Assembly: GCA_965249725.1 (NCBI GenBank)
Contig: OZ252251.1
Location: forward strand, 256,001-320,000
Origin: Longimicrobiales bacterium
Lineage (GTDB): Bacteria > Gemmatimonadota > Gemmatimonadetes > Longimicrobiales > Gaopeijiaceae
DNA: 64,000 nt
Reading direction: 5' to 3'
How positions within the stretch are numbered: position 1 is the stretch's first letter; each line of letters opens with the position of its first letter. Made by a program: the position numbers and the translations under genes. Below the pieces are notes generated by a model. The model saw only the letters and a program-made list of their open reading frames with translations. It ran no database searches and had not been told where the DNA came from. Shown here piece after piece: positions 8,856-18,016 of the stretch.

Positions 8856-9751
8856 CGCGCACTTCCCTCCGCTGCGGCGACGACTCTGTCTGCGAGGGCG
8901 AACAGTGCGCGGCTGGAGGCCGCCTCGGGATCGTCCTTCATCAGGGACGACCCGAGGTCCGTGGCGGCTCCGAGTCGAGCGTCGAACGGGATGTCCGCCC
9001 AGAGCGGCACATCAGACTCTTCGGCCAGGCGCCGCGCACCGTCACCGAGGAACAGCTGGGACGTGTGACCACAGGACGGGCAGACGTGCTCCGTCATGTT
9101 CGCCACCAGGGCCACCGTCGGGACTTCCGCCTCTCGCGCCATCCGCACGGACTTCGACACGACGAAGCGTGCGGTCTCCGACGGGATCGTCACGAGGAGC
9201 ATCTGGTGGAGGCCCGGGACCAGCTCCAGAAGCCGCGCGATCTTGTCTGTTCCAGGCGGTACGTCCACCAGGAGAACGTCCAGGTCACCCCAGGCCACGT
9301 CGCCCAGAAACTCCCTGAGGACGCCGGTCTCCATCGCGCTCTGCCAGATGAACCGGCCGGTCGACGGCTCACGCCAGCGAAGCGGCGCGTCCTCGTCTTG
9401 CTGGAGCAGCTCCATGGACATGACCCGGACGCCGCTGGGGCTCAGGGCCGGCTCCACGCCCTCCGATCCATCGACGAGGTGCGCGCCGGACACCCCGAGC
9501 ATCCTTCCCAACGAGGGGCCGTTCAGGTCCGCGTCCGCCGCTCCGACCTCCAGTCCCCGCCCGGCGAGCGCCACGGCCAGGTTCGCGGTGACGGCGCTCT
9601 TGCCCACGCCGCCCTTGCCGCTGGCTACGGCCACCACAGACCCTACGCCGGCGAGCCGGGCCGCGAGACGTTGTTGTTGCTCGACTACCTGCTCGAGGAG
9701 CTGGGAGCCCGTCTCGTGGGTGACCTCTCGGTAGGTTCGAATCTTCCGCAT
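8852..9751 (-). CDS. Mrp/ApbC/NBP35 family P-loop ATPase (Fe-S carrier)
   Basis: ASGKGGVGKS, DADLNGPS, DVPPGT and the C-terminal CPSC motif. Start trimmed to MRKIRTY. Confidence 0.9.
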   Translation of the reverse strand: MRKIRTYREVTHETGSQLLEQVVEQQQRLAARLAGVGSVVAVASGKGGVGKSAVTANLAVALAGRGLEVGAADADLNGPSLGRMLGVSGAHLVDGSEGVEPALSPSGVRVMSMELLQQDEDAPLRWREPSTGRFIWQSAMETGVLREFLGDVAWGDLDVLLVDVPPGTDKIARLLELVPGLHQMLLVTIPSETARFVVSKSVRMAREAEVPTVALVANMTEHVCPSCGHTSQLFLGDGARRLAEESDVPLWADIPFDARLGAATDLGSSLMKDDPEAASSRALFALADRVVAAAEGSAR

Positions 9752-9773
9752 CGGATCGGTAGCAATCGTCGGA

Positions 9774-10019
9774 CTAGGGGACGAGCTGGGTGCCCTCCCC
9801 ATCAAGGGCCACGAGCGCGTCGACCGGACAGGATGAGCAGGCATCCAGCAGCGCCTCTTTGTCCACGTCCGGATTGCCCTCCTTGAAGACGGCGATGCCC
9901 TCGTCATCGAACTCGAACACATCAGGGGTCACGTCAATACAGTCGCCGAATCCTACGCAGAGATCTCGCTCGATCTTGATCGTGAGACCGGACAGAGGGC
10001 GCTCGGAAATATTGCTCAA
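9774..10019 (-). CDS. Single-cluster ferredoxin, probably 3Fe-4S
   Basis: DLCVGFGDC...CSSCPVDAL; the second cluster-ligand position is Phe. The TTG start at 10019 is tentative. Confidence 0.8.
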   Translation of the reverse strand: MSNISERPLSGLTIKIERDLCVGFGDCIDVTPDVFEFDDEGIAVFKEGNPDVDKEALLDACSSCPVDALVALDGEGTQLVP

Positions 10020-10194
10020 TGCAGCTTCAGCCGGAGATGGGGGCGAGGGGTCTGCCCTTGCGGGTGCCAAGGGGACGTAAACGTGTTCGGGGCGCGCGAG
10101 GTGGGCAAGGGGGCGATGCGTGATCGATTCGGAGAACACACCTAGGGTGTCGGGGGCCCCTCAGATCGTGGGGCAGGCCCCGGCCTCCGGCGAA

Positions 10195-11055
10195 TCATGC
10201 CTCCCCGGGTGGTAGCACGAGGCTGCCTTCCCCGACCGTTACCGCATGTCCGATCAGGTTGACCCGGTCGCCGTCGACTCGCACACGCAGTTGGCCCCGG
10301 CGACTTCCGCCCTGTCGAGCCGTGAATTCGGATCGTCCGAGCACTCCTGTCCAGTAGGGTCCGAGGGCCGTGTGGGCCACTCCGGTCACGGGATCCTCGT
10401 CGATGCCGGCCCACACGGCGAAGACCCGCGAGGCGACGTCAGGGGCGGTAGAGCCTTCGGCTTCTGCGTCCGAACCGGCTGCATCCGGTGCCGTGACCGA
10501 CAACACCATCACGTCGTTTCCCAGGTGGATGTCCCGCAACGTCGAGAAGTTTGGCGTGATCGCATCTACGATGTCGGGGCTGGTTACGTGGACGATGTAG
10601 TTGAAAGCACCCGACAGTGACGAGACCGCGTCCGTCAGCCCGAGCGCTGCCAATACGGCATCGTCGTGCTCGACCTCCGTGCACTCGTCCGAAGGGAAGT
10701 CGAGGCGGAGGGCTCCGTCGGGCTCACCGTGCACGAACAGGGAGCCACTCGCGGACCCGAAATGGTACGAAGGGGTGTGGCCCAGCGACCGGAGCACGTG
10801 GGAGGTAGCCAGTGTGGCATGGCCGCACAGAGGCACTTCGGTCATCGGCGTGAACCAACGCAGCCGGCGGACACCGGAGGCATCGGGAGCCTCGACGAAG
10901 GCGGTCTCCGACAGGTTCATCTCACGGGCCACGGTCTGCATGGCCTGGGCACTCAACGGCTGCTCGACCACGCAGACGGCCGCGGGGTTCCCCTGAAAGG
11001 GCACCTCCGTGAAGGCGTCGACGACGTGGTAGGAGATTCTCTCTTCGCTAGTCAT
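10195..11055 (-). CDS. PhzF family isomerase/epimerase
   Basis: VDAFT..GNPAAV, NLSETAF, EVPLCGHATLA, EDPVTG. Confidence 0.9.
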   Translation of the reverse strand: MTSEERISYHVVDAFTEVPFQGNPAAVCVVEQPLSAQAMQTVAREMNLSETAFVEAPDASGVRRLRWFTPMTEVPLCGHATLATSHVLRSLGHTPSYHFGSASGSLFVHGEPDGALRLDFPSDECTEVEHDDAVLAALGLTDAVSSLSGAFNYIVHVTSPDIVDAITPNFSTLRDIHLGNDVMVLSVTAPDAAGSDAEAEGSTAPDVASRVFAVWAGIDEDPVTGVAHTALGPYWTGVLGRSEFTARQGGSRRGQLRVRVDGDRVNLIGHAVTVGEGSLVLPPGEA

Positions 11056-11124
11056 ACCGGCTCTCGGGAAGTTACTGGTGGGGCCACACTCTTTACGGGG
11101 AATCGCCTGCGGCCGCTCGTCGAC

Positions 11125-12417
11125 CTAGGCGATATTGCGCCGCTTCCGCCGCATGAAGTCCATCATGATGTACTGCCCGAGCGTCTGGGTTGACGTGAAG
11201 TAGGCCTTTCCCCGGGCGATCTCCGACACCTTCTGAACGAACTGCACGAGGTAGGGGTCCTGGGCCAGCATGAACGTGTTGATCAGGATCCCTGATCGAC
11301 GGCACGCCGAAACTTCCTTGAACGTCTCTTTCAGGATGTGCTGGTCCATGCCGCCCGAGTTCATGTAGATCTGCCCGTCGGGCATGGTGATGGCGCTCGG
11401 CTTTCCGTCGGTGATCATGATGATCTGCCGCATGTCCTTCTTCTGCGCCTTCAAGATGTTGCGGGCCAACAGGAGCCCGCCGGCGGTGTTGGTGTGGAAT
11501 GGACCGACCTGCGCTTTGCCCAACTGGCTGAGCGGGATCTCCTCGGCCGTGTCACCGAACGTCACGACGTTCAACGAATCGCCGGGGAACTGCGTGCGGA
11601 TGAGATGAGATAGGGCCAGCGCCACCCGCTTGGCGGGCGTGAAGCGGTCCTCCCCGTACAGGATCATGGAGTGGGAGATGTCGAGCATGAGAACCGTGGC
11701 GCATGACGAGCGATACTCGGTCTGGTGCACCATCAGGTCCTCGTAGTCCAAGTCGAGCGGGACGCCGATTCCCTCGCGCTCGATGGCGTTCTTGAGTGTC
11801 GCCGGGACGTCGAGGTTGAGAGTGTCGCCGAACTCGTAAGGCTTGCTCGAGGCGTCCGCTTCGACGCCCGTCGCCAGGAGGGGCGTCTCGTGTGAACCGA
11901 GGCTGGACTGACCCACCGCGGAGAGGAGGTTTCGGAGAGCCTTGTACCCGAGAAAGTCCACGCCCTTCTGGGTGAGGTTGAACTGCACCGACTGGGCCGC
12001 TTCCTTCGCCTCGTCGATGTCTCCCATCCCCGTAACGTCCTGCACAGCCCCCGGCATGGACGGGGTGCCGTCCTGCAACGTGATGTACCCCTCGTCGACC
12101 ATGCGCTGAACGAGGTCGTCCAGGAGATCGGCGATCTGCTGCTGTACGGCCTCGTCGCCTTGGCCCTCTCCGCGGAGCTCGTCGATCATCTCCGGCGTGA
12201 GTTCTCCGCTCTCGATGAGCGCCTTCAAGAGGGCGTTCTTGAGCGAGTCGGTGGAGTCGGTGTCCTCCAGGCCGGACCATCCCCAATACGGGTGATAGTT
12301 GGGTCCACCCGCGAATCCCCCGTCCATCAGGAAGTCCGAGAGGAACTCCATGAGGTTCTCGAGATTGAGGGCGTCGAGCCAACGGCCCCGATACTTGGCG
12401 TAGGTCGTGAAACGCAT
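11125..12417 (-). CDS. VWA domain protein (partner of the Mg-chelatase-like AAA ATPase)
   Basis: MIDAS motif DISHSM, HTNT, ITDGKPS. Confidence 0.85.
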   Translation of the reverse strand: MRFTTYAKYRGRWLDALNLENLMEFLSDFLMDGGFAGGPNYHPYWGWSGLEDTDSTDSLKNALLKALIESGELTPEMIDELRGEGQGDEAVQQQIADLLDDLVQRMVDEGYITLQDGTPSMPGAVQDVTGMGDIDEAKEAAQSVQFNLTQKGVDFLGYKALRNLLSAVGQSSLGSHETPLLATGVEADASSKPYEFGDTLNLDVPATLKNAIEREGIGVPLDLDYEDLMVHQTEYRSSCATVLMLDISHSMILYGEDRFTPAKRVALALSHLIRTQFPGDSLNVVTFGDTAEEIPLSQLGKAQVGPFHTNTAGGLLLARNILKAQKKDMRQIIMITDGKPSAITMPDGQIYMNSGGMDQHILKETFKEVSACRRSGILINTFMLAQDPYLVQFVQKVSEIARGKAYFTSTQTLGQYIMMDFMRRKRRNIA

Positions 12418-12441
12418 GATCACATCAGGCGAGAGAGAGGT

Positions 12442-12525
12442 TGCTTCACTACAAGTGCTCCACTACAAGGGCTCCACTACAAGTGCTCCACGACAAGTGC
12501 TCCACGACAAGTGCTCCACGACAAC
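12442..12525. repeat. Intergenic 14-bp tandem repeat, 6 units (TGCTCCAC[T/G]ACAAG)
   Basis: Units start at 12442, 12456, 12470, 12484, 12498 and 12512. A partial inverted copy, GTAGTGGAG, lies at 12530-12538. Confidence 0.95.
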
Positions 12526-12616
12526 AAGAGTAGTGGAGGCCGGAAGCGGCGGCCAATGACTTCATACACGGGTCGCCGTGTGGCTGGTCCCCAGGGCCTC
12601 GCCTACGTTGACGGCT

Positions 12617-13765
12617 ATGAGCAAGACACCCGACCTCGCTTCCATGCGCCGAGAACTCCTCACGCACTTCGACGCGCACCGGCGGGATCTTCCGTGGCGG
12701 GACAGTGCAGACCCTTATGGCGTTTGGGTCTCGGAGATCATGCTTCAACAGACCCGCGTGGAGACGGCCGCTCCCTATTTCATCCGGTGGATGGAGCGCT
12801 TTCCGTCGGTAGCCGCCTTGGCCGATGCGGACGAGGAAGAGGTGCTCAAGGTTTGGGAAGGCCTGGGGTACTACACCCGCGCCCGCAACATCCATCGCTC
12901 CGCACGTATCGTGCGGGAACGCCTCAACGGTGTAATCCCGAAGGACTCGGGGAGCCTGAGGGAATTGCCGGGCATCGGTGAGTATAGCGCTGGAGCGATC
13001 GCGAGCATCTCCTACGGAGAGGCGGTGCCGGCGGTGGACGGCAACGCCCGGCGGGTGATCTCCCGACTCTTCGATCTGGCCGACCCGTCGGCGGCCGAGC
13101 TTCAGGCAACAGCTACCGCGATCCTCGAGCCGCATCGCCCCGGCGACTGGAACCAGGCGATCATGGAGTTGGGGGCGACCCTATGCTTGCCCCGGTCTCC
13201 GCGTTGTGGGGAGTGCCCGATCTCTCGGCATTGCGGGGCACGTGCGTGTGGGATGCAGGAGTCCAGGCCGATCGCCAAACGCCGGGCTCGTGTGCGGCAG
13301 GCCTCGTTCGCGGTGCTCGTAGCGGCTCGGGACACCGAGCTTCTTCTACGGCGGAGGCCGTCGAAGGGGCTTCTGGGTGGGCTTTGGGAATTTCCATCGG
13401 TGGAGATGGCTACCGGGGAGGGGTGGGAGGAAGCATGCTTCGGGGTGGCCGAAACTCTCGGAATGAAGCTGCCGGAGAAGGGAATAGCGCCGAGGCGCTT
13501 GGGAGCCGTGAAGCACGTCTTCAGCCACTTGAAGGCAGTCTACCGCCCATTGCTCGTGACCGTGGTGGCCCCGGATTCGCCGGCAGCCGAAGCGGAACCC
13601 GAGCCGGAACCCAAGCCGGAACCCGAGCCGAAGCCCGAGCCGACGGACGGCGCTGAGCGTTGGATGCGCCCCGACCAGCTGTCTTCTCTACCCCTTCCGG
13701 TGGCTCAGCAGAAGATCCTCGCCTTGGCGCGAGCGGAGATGAGCGACGCCCCGGTGCCGGGCTAG
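12617..13765 (+). CDS. mutY: A/G-specific adenine glycosylase
   Basis: RDLPWR, VSEIMLQQT, WEGLGYYTRARN, LPGIGEYSAGAI, VDGN, Fe-S motif CLPRSPRCGECPISRHC, Nudix-like C-terminal domain (GLWEFP, HVFSH). Confidence 0.95.
   Translation: MSKTPDLASMRRELLTHFDAHRRDLPWRDSADPYGVWVSEIMLQQTRVETAAPYFIRWMERFPSVAALADADEEEVLKVWEGLGYYTRARNIHRSARIVRERLNGVIPKDSGSLRELPGIGEYSAGAIASISYGEAVPAVDGNARRVISRLFDLADPSAAELQATATAILEPHRPGDWNQAIMELGATLCLPRSPRCGECPISRHCGARACGMQESRPIAKRRARVRQASFAVLVAARDTELLLRRRPSKGLLGGLWEFPSVEMATGEGWEEACFGVAETLGMKLPEKGIAPRRLGAVKHVFSHLKAVYRPLLVTVVAPDSPAAEAEPEPEPKPEPEPKPEPTDGAERWMRPDQLSSLPLPVAQQKILALARAEMSDAPVPG
13595..13642 (+). repeat. In-frame 12-bp tandem repeat x4 (EPEP/EPKP) in mutY
   Basis: GAACCCGAGCCG, GAACCCAAGCCG, GAACCCGAGCCG, AAGCCCGAGCCG. 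Confidence 0.85.
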
Positions 13766-15231
13766 AGGTCGACGCCTCCGAAGGGATCGAATCCCTTGTA
13801 GCCCTTTCCGGGCGAGGGTTCCTGACGAGCCCGAGAGTATCCGCCGCCGCTGGAGCGGCTGATCCGCTTCTCCGCTACCAAGGCTTCAAGGACCAGCTCA
13901 CAGGCTCCGACCCGGCATCCGTCCGACGACGACTTGGGTGCCAACCCGACGTGCTCTACGAGGTTCAAGAGTCCAGGCACCACCTCGAAGCCCTTTACGC
14001 ACGCATCGGCCGAGCTGTCCGCACCCACCTGCAGGGCCCCGCCCATCTCGAAGTACTCGACGATCTCCTCGACGTCCGCTCCACCGGCACGGGTCTGGAA
14101 CACCTCGTTGGCCGCAGCGCTGATCAACTCTTTGGCGATGCGGTCCGAGCCGTGCAGTTCGCCCTCGTACTCGAGCTCGATCTTGCCGGTGATGGCCGGA
14201 AGGGATCCGTAGATGTCGCTGAGACGCGGAACCGCCCGCTCCTCCTTCAGCGTGAGGGCCCGCCGCTCCGCCGAGGAGACCACGCTCTCCAGGACGGTGA
14301 TTGGCATGCGTTGGCTGACGCCCGAGCGCTGGTCGATGCGCTTGTCGTTCCGTCCCAGGAAGGCAATGCGCTCCACGACCTCGGCGAGAAACTCCGGAAC
14401 CTCGATATCGATGCAGCCGCGATCGACCCATGCCTCCTGCCCGGTGATATCCATGCCGGTGGACACCTCGACCGGGTAGTGTGTGCGGATCTCCGCCCCG
14501 ATGCGGTCCTTCAGCGGCGTGATGATCTTTCCCCGGGCCGTGTAGTCCTCCGGGTTGGCGGTGAAGACAAGGAATACGTCCAGGGGCAGCCGGATCGGAT
14601 AGCCCTTCACCTGCACGTCCCCCTCCTGGAGGATGTTGAAGAGTCCGACCTGGATCTTGCCCGCCAGATCCGGGAGCTCGTTCACTGCGAATATGCCACG
14701 ATTGGCTCTGGGGAGGAGGCCGTAGTGAATGGTCAGTTCGTCGGCCAGGATGTGACCGCCCCGGGCGGCCTTGATGGGATCCACATCGCCCACGATGTCC
14801 GCGATCGTCACGTCGGGCGTAGCGAGCTTCTCGACGAATCGGTAGTCGCGGGTGATCCACGCGATGGGCGCATCGTCTCCCTCGGCTTCTAGCACGCCGC
14901 GGGCGTACTTGGAAATGGGCCGTAGGGGGTCGTCGTTGATTTCGCTCCCCGCCAAAATGGGCATCTCGTCATCGAGTAGTTCCACGAGCTGTCGGAGGAT
15001 CCGGCTCTTCGCCTGACCCCGGAGCCCGAGAAGAATGAAGTCGTGCCGGGCCAGAATCGCGTTCACGATCTGGGGAACCACGCTGTCGTCGAACCCGACG
15101 ATGCCCGGGAAGAGTGTCTCTCCCCCCTGGAGCTTCGCGATCAGGTTGCTTCTCAGCTCGTCCTTGACGCTGCGGGGCTTGTAGCCTGCCGCCTTCAACT
15201 CTCGGACGGTGCGGGGTCGGCTCGATGTCAT
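13762..15231 (-). CDS. Mg-chelatase-subunit-like AAA+ ATPase (VWA-associated)
   Basis: LLGLRGQAKS, EKLATPD, GLLPRANRGIFAVNELPDL, FTANPEDYT, RTHYP. Start trimmed to MTSSRP. Confidence 0.85.
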   Translation of the reverse strand: MTSSRPRTVRELKAAGYKPRSVKDELRSNLIAKLQGGETLFPGIVGFDDSVVPQIVNAILARHDFILLGLRGQAKSRILRQLVELLDDEMPILAGSEINDDPLRPISKYARGVLEAEGDDAPIAWITRDYRFVEKLATPDVTIADIVGDVDPIKAARGGHILADELTIHYGLLPRANRGIFAVNELPDLAGKIQVGLFNILQEGDVQVKGYPIRLPLDVFLVFTANPEDYTARGKIITPLKDRIGAEIRTHYPVEVSTGMDITGQEAWVDRGCIDIEVPEFLAEVVERIAFLGRNDKRIDQRSGVSQRMPITVLESVVSSAERRALTLKEERAVPRLSDIYGSLPAITGKIELEYEGELHGSDRIAKELISAAANEVFQTRAGGADVEEIVEYFEMGGALQVGADSSADACVKGFEVVPGLLNLVEHVGLAPKSSSDGCRVGACELVLEALVAEKRISRSSGGGYSRARQEPSPGKGYKGFDPFGGVDL

Positions 15232-15434
15232 GCCAGATTCTCGTCCTGGGTCAGGTGTGCGACTGCCAGTGCCGTAGTGATCACGGTGAGGCGCCGAGGT
15301 GAGGCGCCAATGGTCGACGCGCCGAGGGTTGAGGGCCCGACGCGAGCGGTTAGGATACACTGGGCCGATCCAACGGATCCAGAGCCAATGATGGCCGTCC
15401 TCGTCAGGGGGCCAGACCGATAGAAGGAGCCAGC

Positions 15435-17117
15435 ATGTCCGATCAGAGCCAGCTCGCGGGGCCGGTGCAGCCGGCGAAGTACCAACCGCCACTTCCCGTA
15501 GACGAGATGATCCTGCGGGAGGTGCCTGACGATGAAGCGGTGCCGATGGACGTCATCTTCGTCGGCGGGGGCCCGGCGGGACTCGCGGGGGCCATCGAGT
15601 TGGCCAGGCTCGTGGCGAAGGACAAGGAAGAGGGTGGAGGGCTCGGCGAAGTAGAGATCGGAGTGCTGGAGAAGGCCGGGCAGCTTGGAGAGCATTCTCT
15701 TTCCGGCGCGGTCGTCAATCCAAGTGCCTTCCTGGAGCTCTTCCCGGAGCTCGACATGAGCGACTTCCCGCTCCGAGGGCCGGTCACCAAGGAAGCCGTC
15801 TACTTCCTGACCGAGAGCAAGGCCGTACGGATGCCGATCCCGCCGACGATGAAGAACCACGGCAATCACATGGCGTCGATCTGCGAGATCGTCCGCTGGC
15901 TAGGAGAGAAGGCGGAGGGGCTGGGGGTCAACGTCTTTCCCGGCTTCGCTGTGGGCGGGATGCTCGTTGAGGGCGATCTGGTCATCGGCGTGCGCACCAC
16001 TGCGACAGGGCTGGACCGGGACGGGCAGCCCGGAGGCGGAGACTACATGCCTCCCATGGATCTGACGGCCCAGGTCACCGTTCTCGCAGAGGGTACCCGG
16101 GGACCCCTCACACAGGCGTTCCTGCAGTGGCAGGAGATCCGGTCCGAGAACCCACAGATCTATGCTCTCGGGGTGAAGGAGCTATGGGAGACCGAGAAAC
16201 CCCTCGACCGGGTCATCCACACCATGGGATGGCCGCTTCCGGGTGACGCGTTCGGAGGTAGTTGGATGTACCCACTCGAGGACAACTTGGTCTCGCTGGG
16301 ACTGGTCGTGGGTCTCGACTATCGCGACGCGCGCTTCGACGTGCACGACGTCCTTCAGCGCATGAAGCTCCACCCGCTCTTCAAGCCCTACTTGGAAGGT
16401 GGGGAGATGGTGGAGTGGGGAGCGAAGACTATTCCCGAAGGCGGATACTACTCCGTGCCCTCTCAACGCCATGGGGCGGGCGTGTGCATCGTGGGCGATT
16501 CGGCCGGTTTCGTCGACGTCCCGTCCCTGAAGGGCATCCACTACGCTATGCACTCGGGCATGCTCGCCGCGCGAGCCATCTTCAAGGCGCTCAAGGAGGG
16601 GGATGTGTCCGAGCAGGGCCTCCGTTCCTATACGGATTCGATCGACTCGAGCCGAATCATGAAGGATCTGCTCAAGACGAGGAACGTCCGCCTCGCGTTC
16701 AAGAAGGGTTTCGTGGGCGGCTCCATCCGGGCCGGTCTCATGACCGTGTCGGGTGGCGCGCTGTTGGGTGGCAAGGTCCAGGTTCCGGAGGACGTCGGCG
16801 AAGCCAGGATTCTCGGGGACGGGGGCCCGTCGGTACAGCCCGACGGCAAGCTGACCTTCAGCAAGGTGGACGCGGTCTACAAGGCGGGAAACCAGACCCG
16901 CGACGACGTTCCCAGCCACCTGATCGTCGGACCCGACGTCAGCCCGGAAGCGGCCGAGATGTACACGCACATGTGTCCCGCAGGGGTCTACGAGCGGGAC
17001 GGATCAGAGCTTCGCGTGAACGCCCCGAACTGCATCGACTGCAAGGCGACCGACGTGCTCGGTCCCCGTTGGATGCCCCGCGAGGGAGGGAGTGGGCCGG
17101 CCTACCGACGGATGTAG
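15435..17117 (+). CDS. Electron transfer flavoprotein-quinone oxidoreductase
   Basis: DVIFVGGGPAG, HSLSGAV, AEGTRG, GVKELW, HTMGWP, EGGYYS, KGIHYAM and a C-terminal ferredoxin-like domain. RBS AAGGAG. Confidence 0.92.
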   Translation: MSDQSQLAGPVQPAKYQPPLPVDEMILREVPDDEAVPMDVIFVGGGPAGLAGAIELARLVAKDKEEGGGLGEVEIGVLEKAGQLGEHSLSGAVVNPSAFLELFPELDMSDFPLRGPVTKEAVYFLTESKAVRMPIPPTMKNHGNHMASICEIVRWLGEKAEGLGVNVFPGFAVGGMLVEGDLVIGVRTTATGLDRDGQPGGGDYMPPMDLTAQVTVLAEGTRGPLTQAFLQWQEIRSENPQIYALGVKELWETEKPLDRVIHTMGWPLPGDAFGGSWMYPLEDNLVSLGLVVGLDYRDARFDVHDVLQRMKLHPLFKPYLEGGEMVEWGAKTIPEGGYYSVPSQRHGAGVCIVGDSAGFVDVPSLKGIHYAMHSGMLAARAIFKALKEGDVSEQGLRSYTDSIDSSRIMKDLLKTRNVRLAFKKGFVGGSIRAGLMTVSGGALLGGKVQVPEDVGEARILGDGGPSVQPDGKLTFSKVDAVYKAGNQTRDDVPSHLIVGPDVSPEAAEMYTHMCPAGVYERDGSELRVNAPNCIDCKATDVLGPRWMPREGGSGPAYRRM

Positions 17118-17144
17118 CGCCGGCTCGGGTGACCCACAGGGCGG

Positions 17145-18005
17145 TCAGTCCGAGATGATCTCCGGGATTCTCATTCCGATCCCGTCGGAGGTGCGGATCA
17201 AACGGGGAAGCACGCTGGGTATCCGACGCCCACGAAAGTCGTCCAGGATGTCGGCGGTCGTAGCGAAGTCCACCATGGCCTCCAGCGTCTTGATGGTGGG
17301 AAAAACCATGGGCAACGAGCCCTCACGGGTTCGCTGCAGCGCCGCGGCCGGAGTGATCCAAATCGCCTCGAGCATCTCCGCGGCGTGGATGGCGGCCTCG
17401 GAGTCGGGTGCGACCGTCGCCGCGAAGAAGCGCGCGTCGTAGCGACGAGGCTCGGCGATTGGTGTGATCCAGTGACCGATGTACTCCACGGCCGTGTCGT
17501 CGATTCGCGCGCCGAGGTCGTCCAAGGCCTCGGCGAAGGAGCAGGCCTCGTCCAGCAGCCGGTCCCGGACCTCGAGGACGTCCGCAGCGGCGGCGCCCGT
17601 GGGCACGGCCTGTCCGTCGGTCCTCCTGCCGACCAAGATGCACGTCTCCTCGAACGCCTCCCTCACGGCAGCCAGGTAGTAGGCGACCGCAGGCGGGTCG
17701 GCGTCGTGGAGGCGCATTCGCTCGGCCGCCCCGTCGGCGGTGAGACCAACGGTCCGGTCCAAGACGGCCGGGTCAGCATCGCCCCCGTCCACCCGGCCCC
17801 CCGGGAACACGTAGGCCCCGGGTACGAAGCCTGCGCTATGGACCCTCTTGAGGAGCAGGATCTGCACACCCTCCGATGCGTCCCGCATGAGCACGACGGT
17901 GGCCGCGGGACGAGGGGTAGCCGGGTTCTCGGGAGGATCGTCGATTCTTTCGGCGATTCCTTCGGGGAGGTGGTCCTCCGAGACGATGAATTCAGAGTCG
18001 TCCAT
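17145..18005 (-). CDS. Nudix hydrolase (NUDT19-like)
   Basis: PRPAATVVL, VFPGGRVD...AVREAFEET, WITP..RRYDARFF. Confidence 0.85.
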   Translation of the reverse strand: MDDSEFIVSEDHLPEGIAERIDDPPENPATPRPAATVVLMRDASEGVQILLLKRVHSAGFVPGAYVFPGGRVDGGDADPAVLDRTVGLTADGAAERMRLHDADPPAVAYYLAAVREAFEETCILVGRRTDGQAVPTGAAAADVLEVRDRLLDEACSFAEALDDLGARIDDTAVEYIGHWITPIAEPRRYDARFFAATVAPDSEAAIHAAEMLEAIWITPAAALQRTREGSLPMVFPTIKTLEAMVDFATTADILDDFRGRRIPSVLPRLIRTSDGIGMRIPEIISD

Positions 18006-18016
18006 CAGAAGGCTGC

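Noticed and set aside
10195..11055. Phenazine biosynthesis
   Set aside because: A lone PhzF-family gene with no other phz genes.
12442..12525. CRISPR array
   Set aside because: The units are 14 bp, head-to-tail with no unique spacers, and there are no cas genes in the window.
2697..15231. Bacteriochlorophyll biosynthesis cluster (PCP_red-like domains plus Mg-chelatase-like ATPase)
   Set aside because: No bchH, bchL/N/B catalytic domains or puf genes. The ATPase belongs to the widespread VWA-associated family and the PCP_red-like pieces are only short appended modules.
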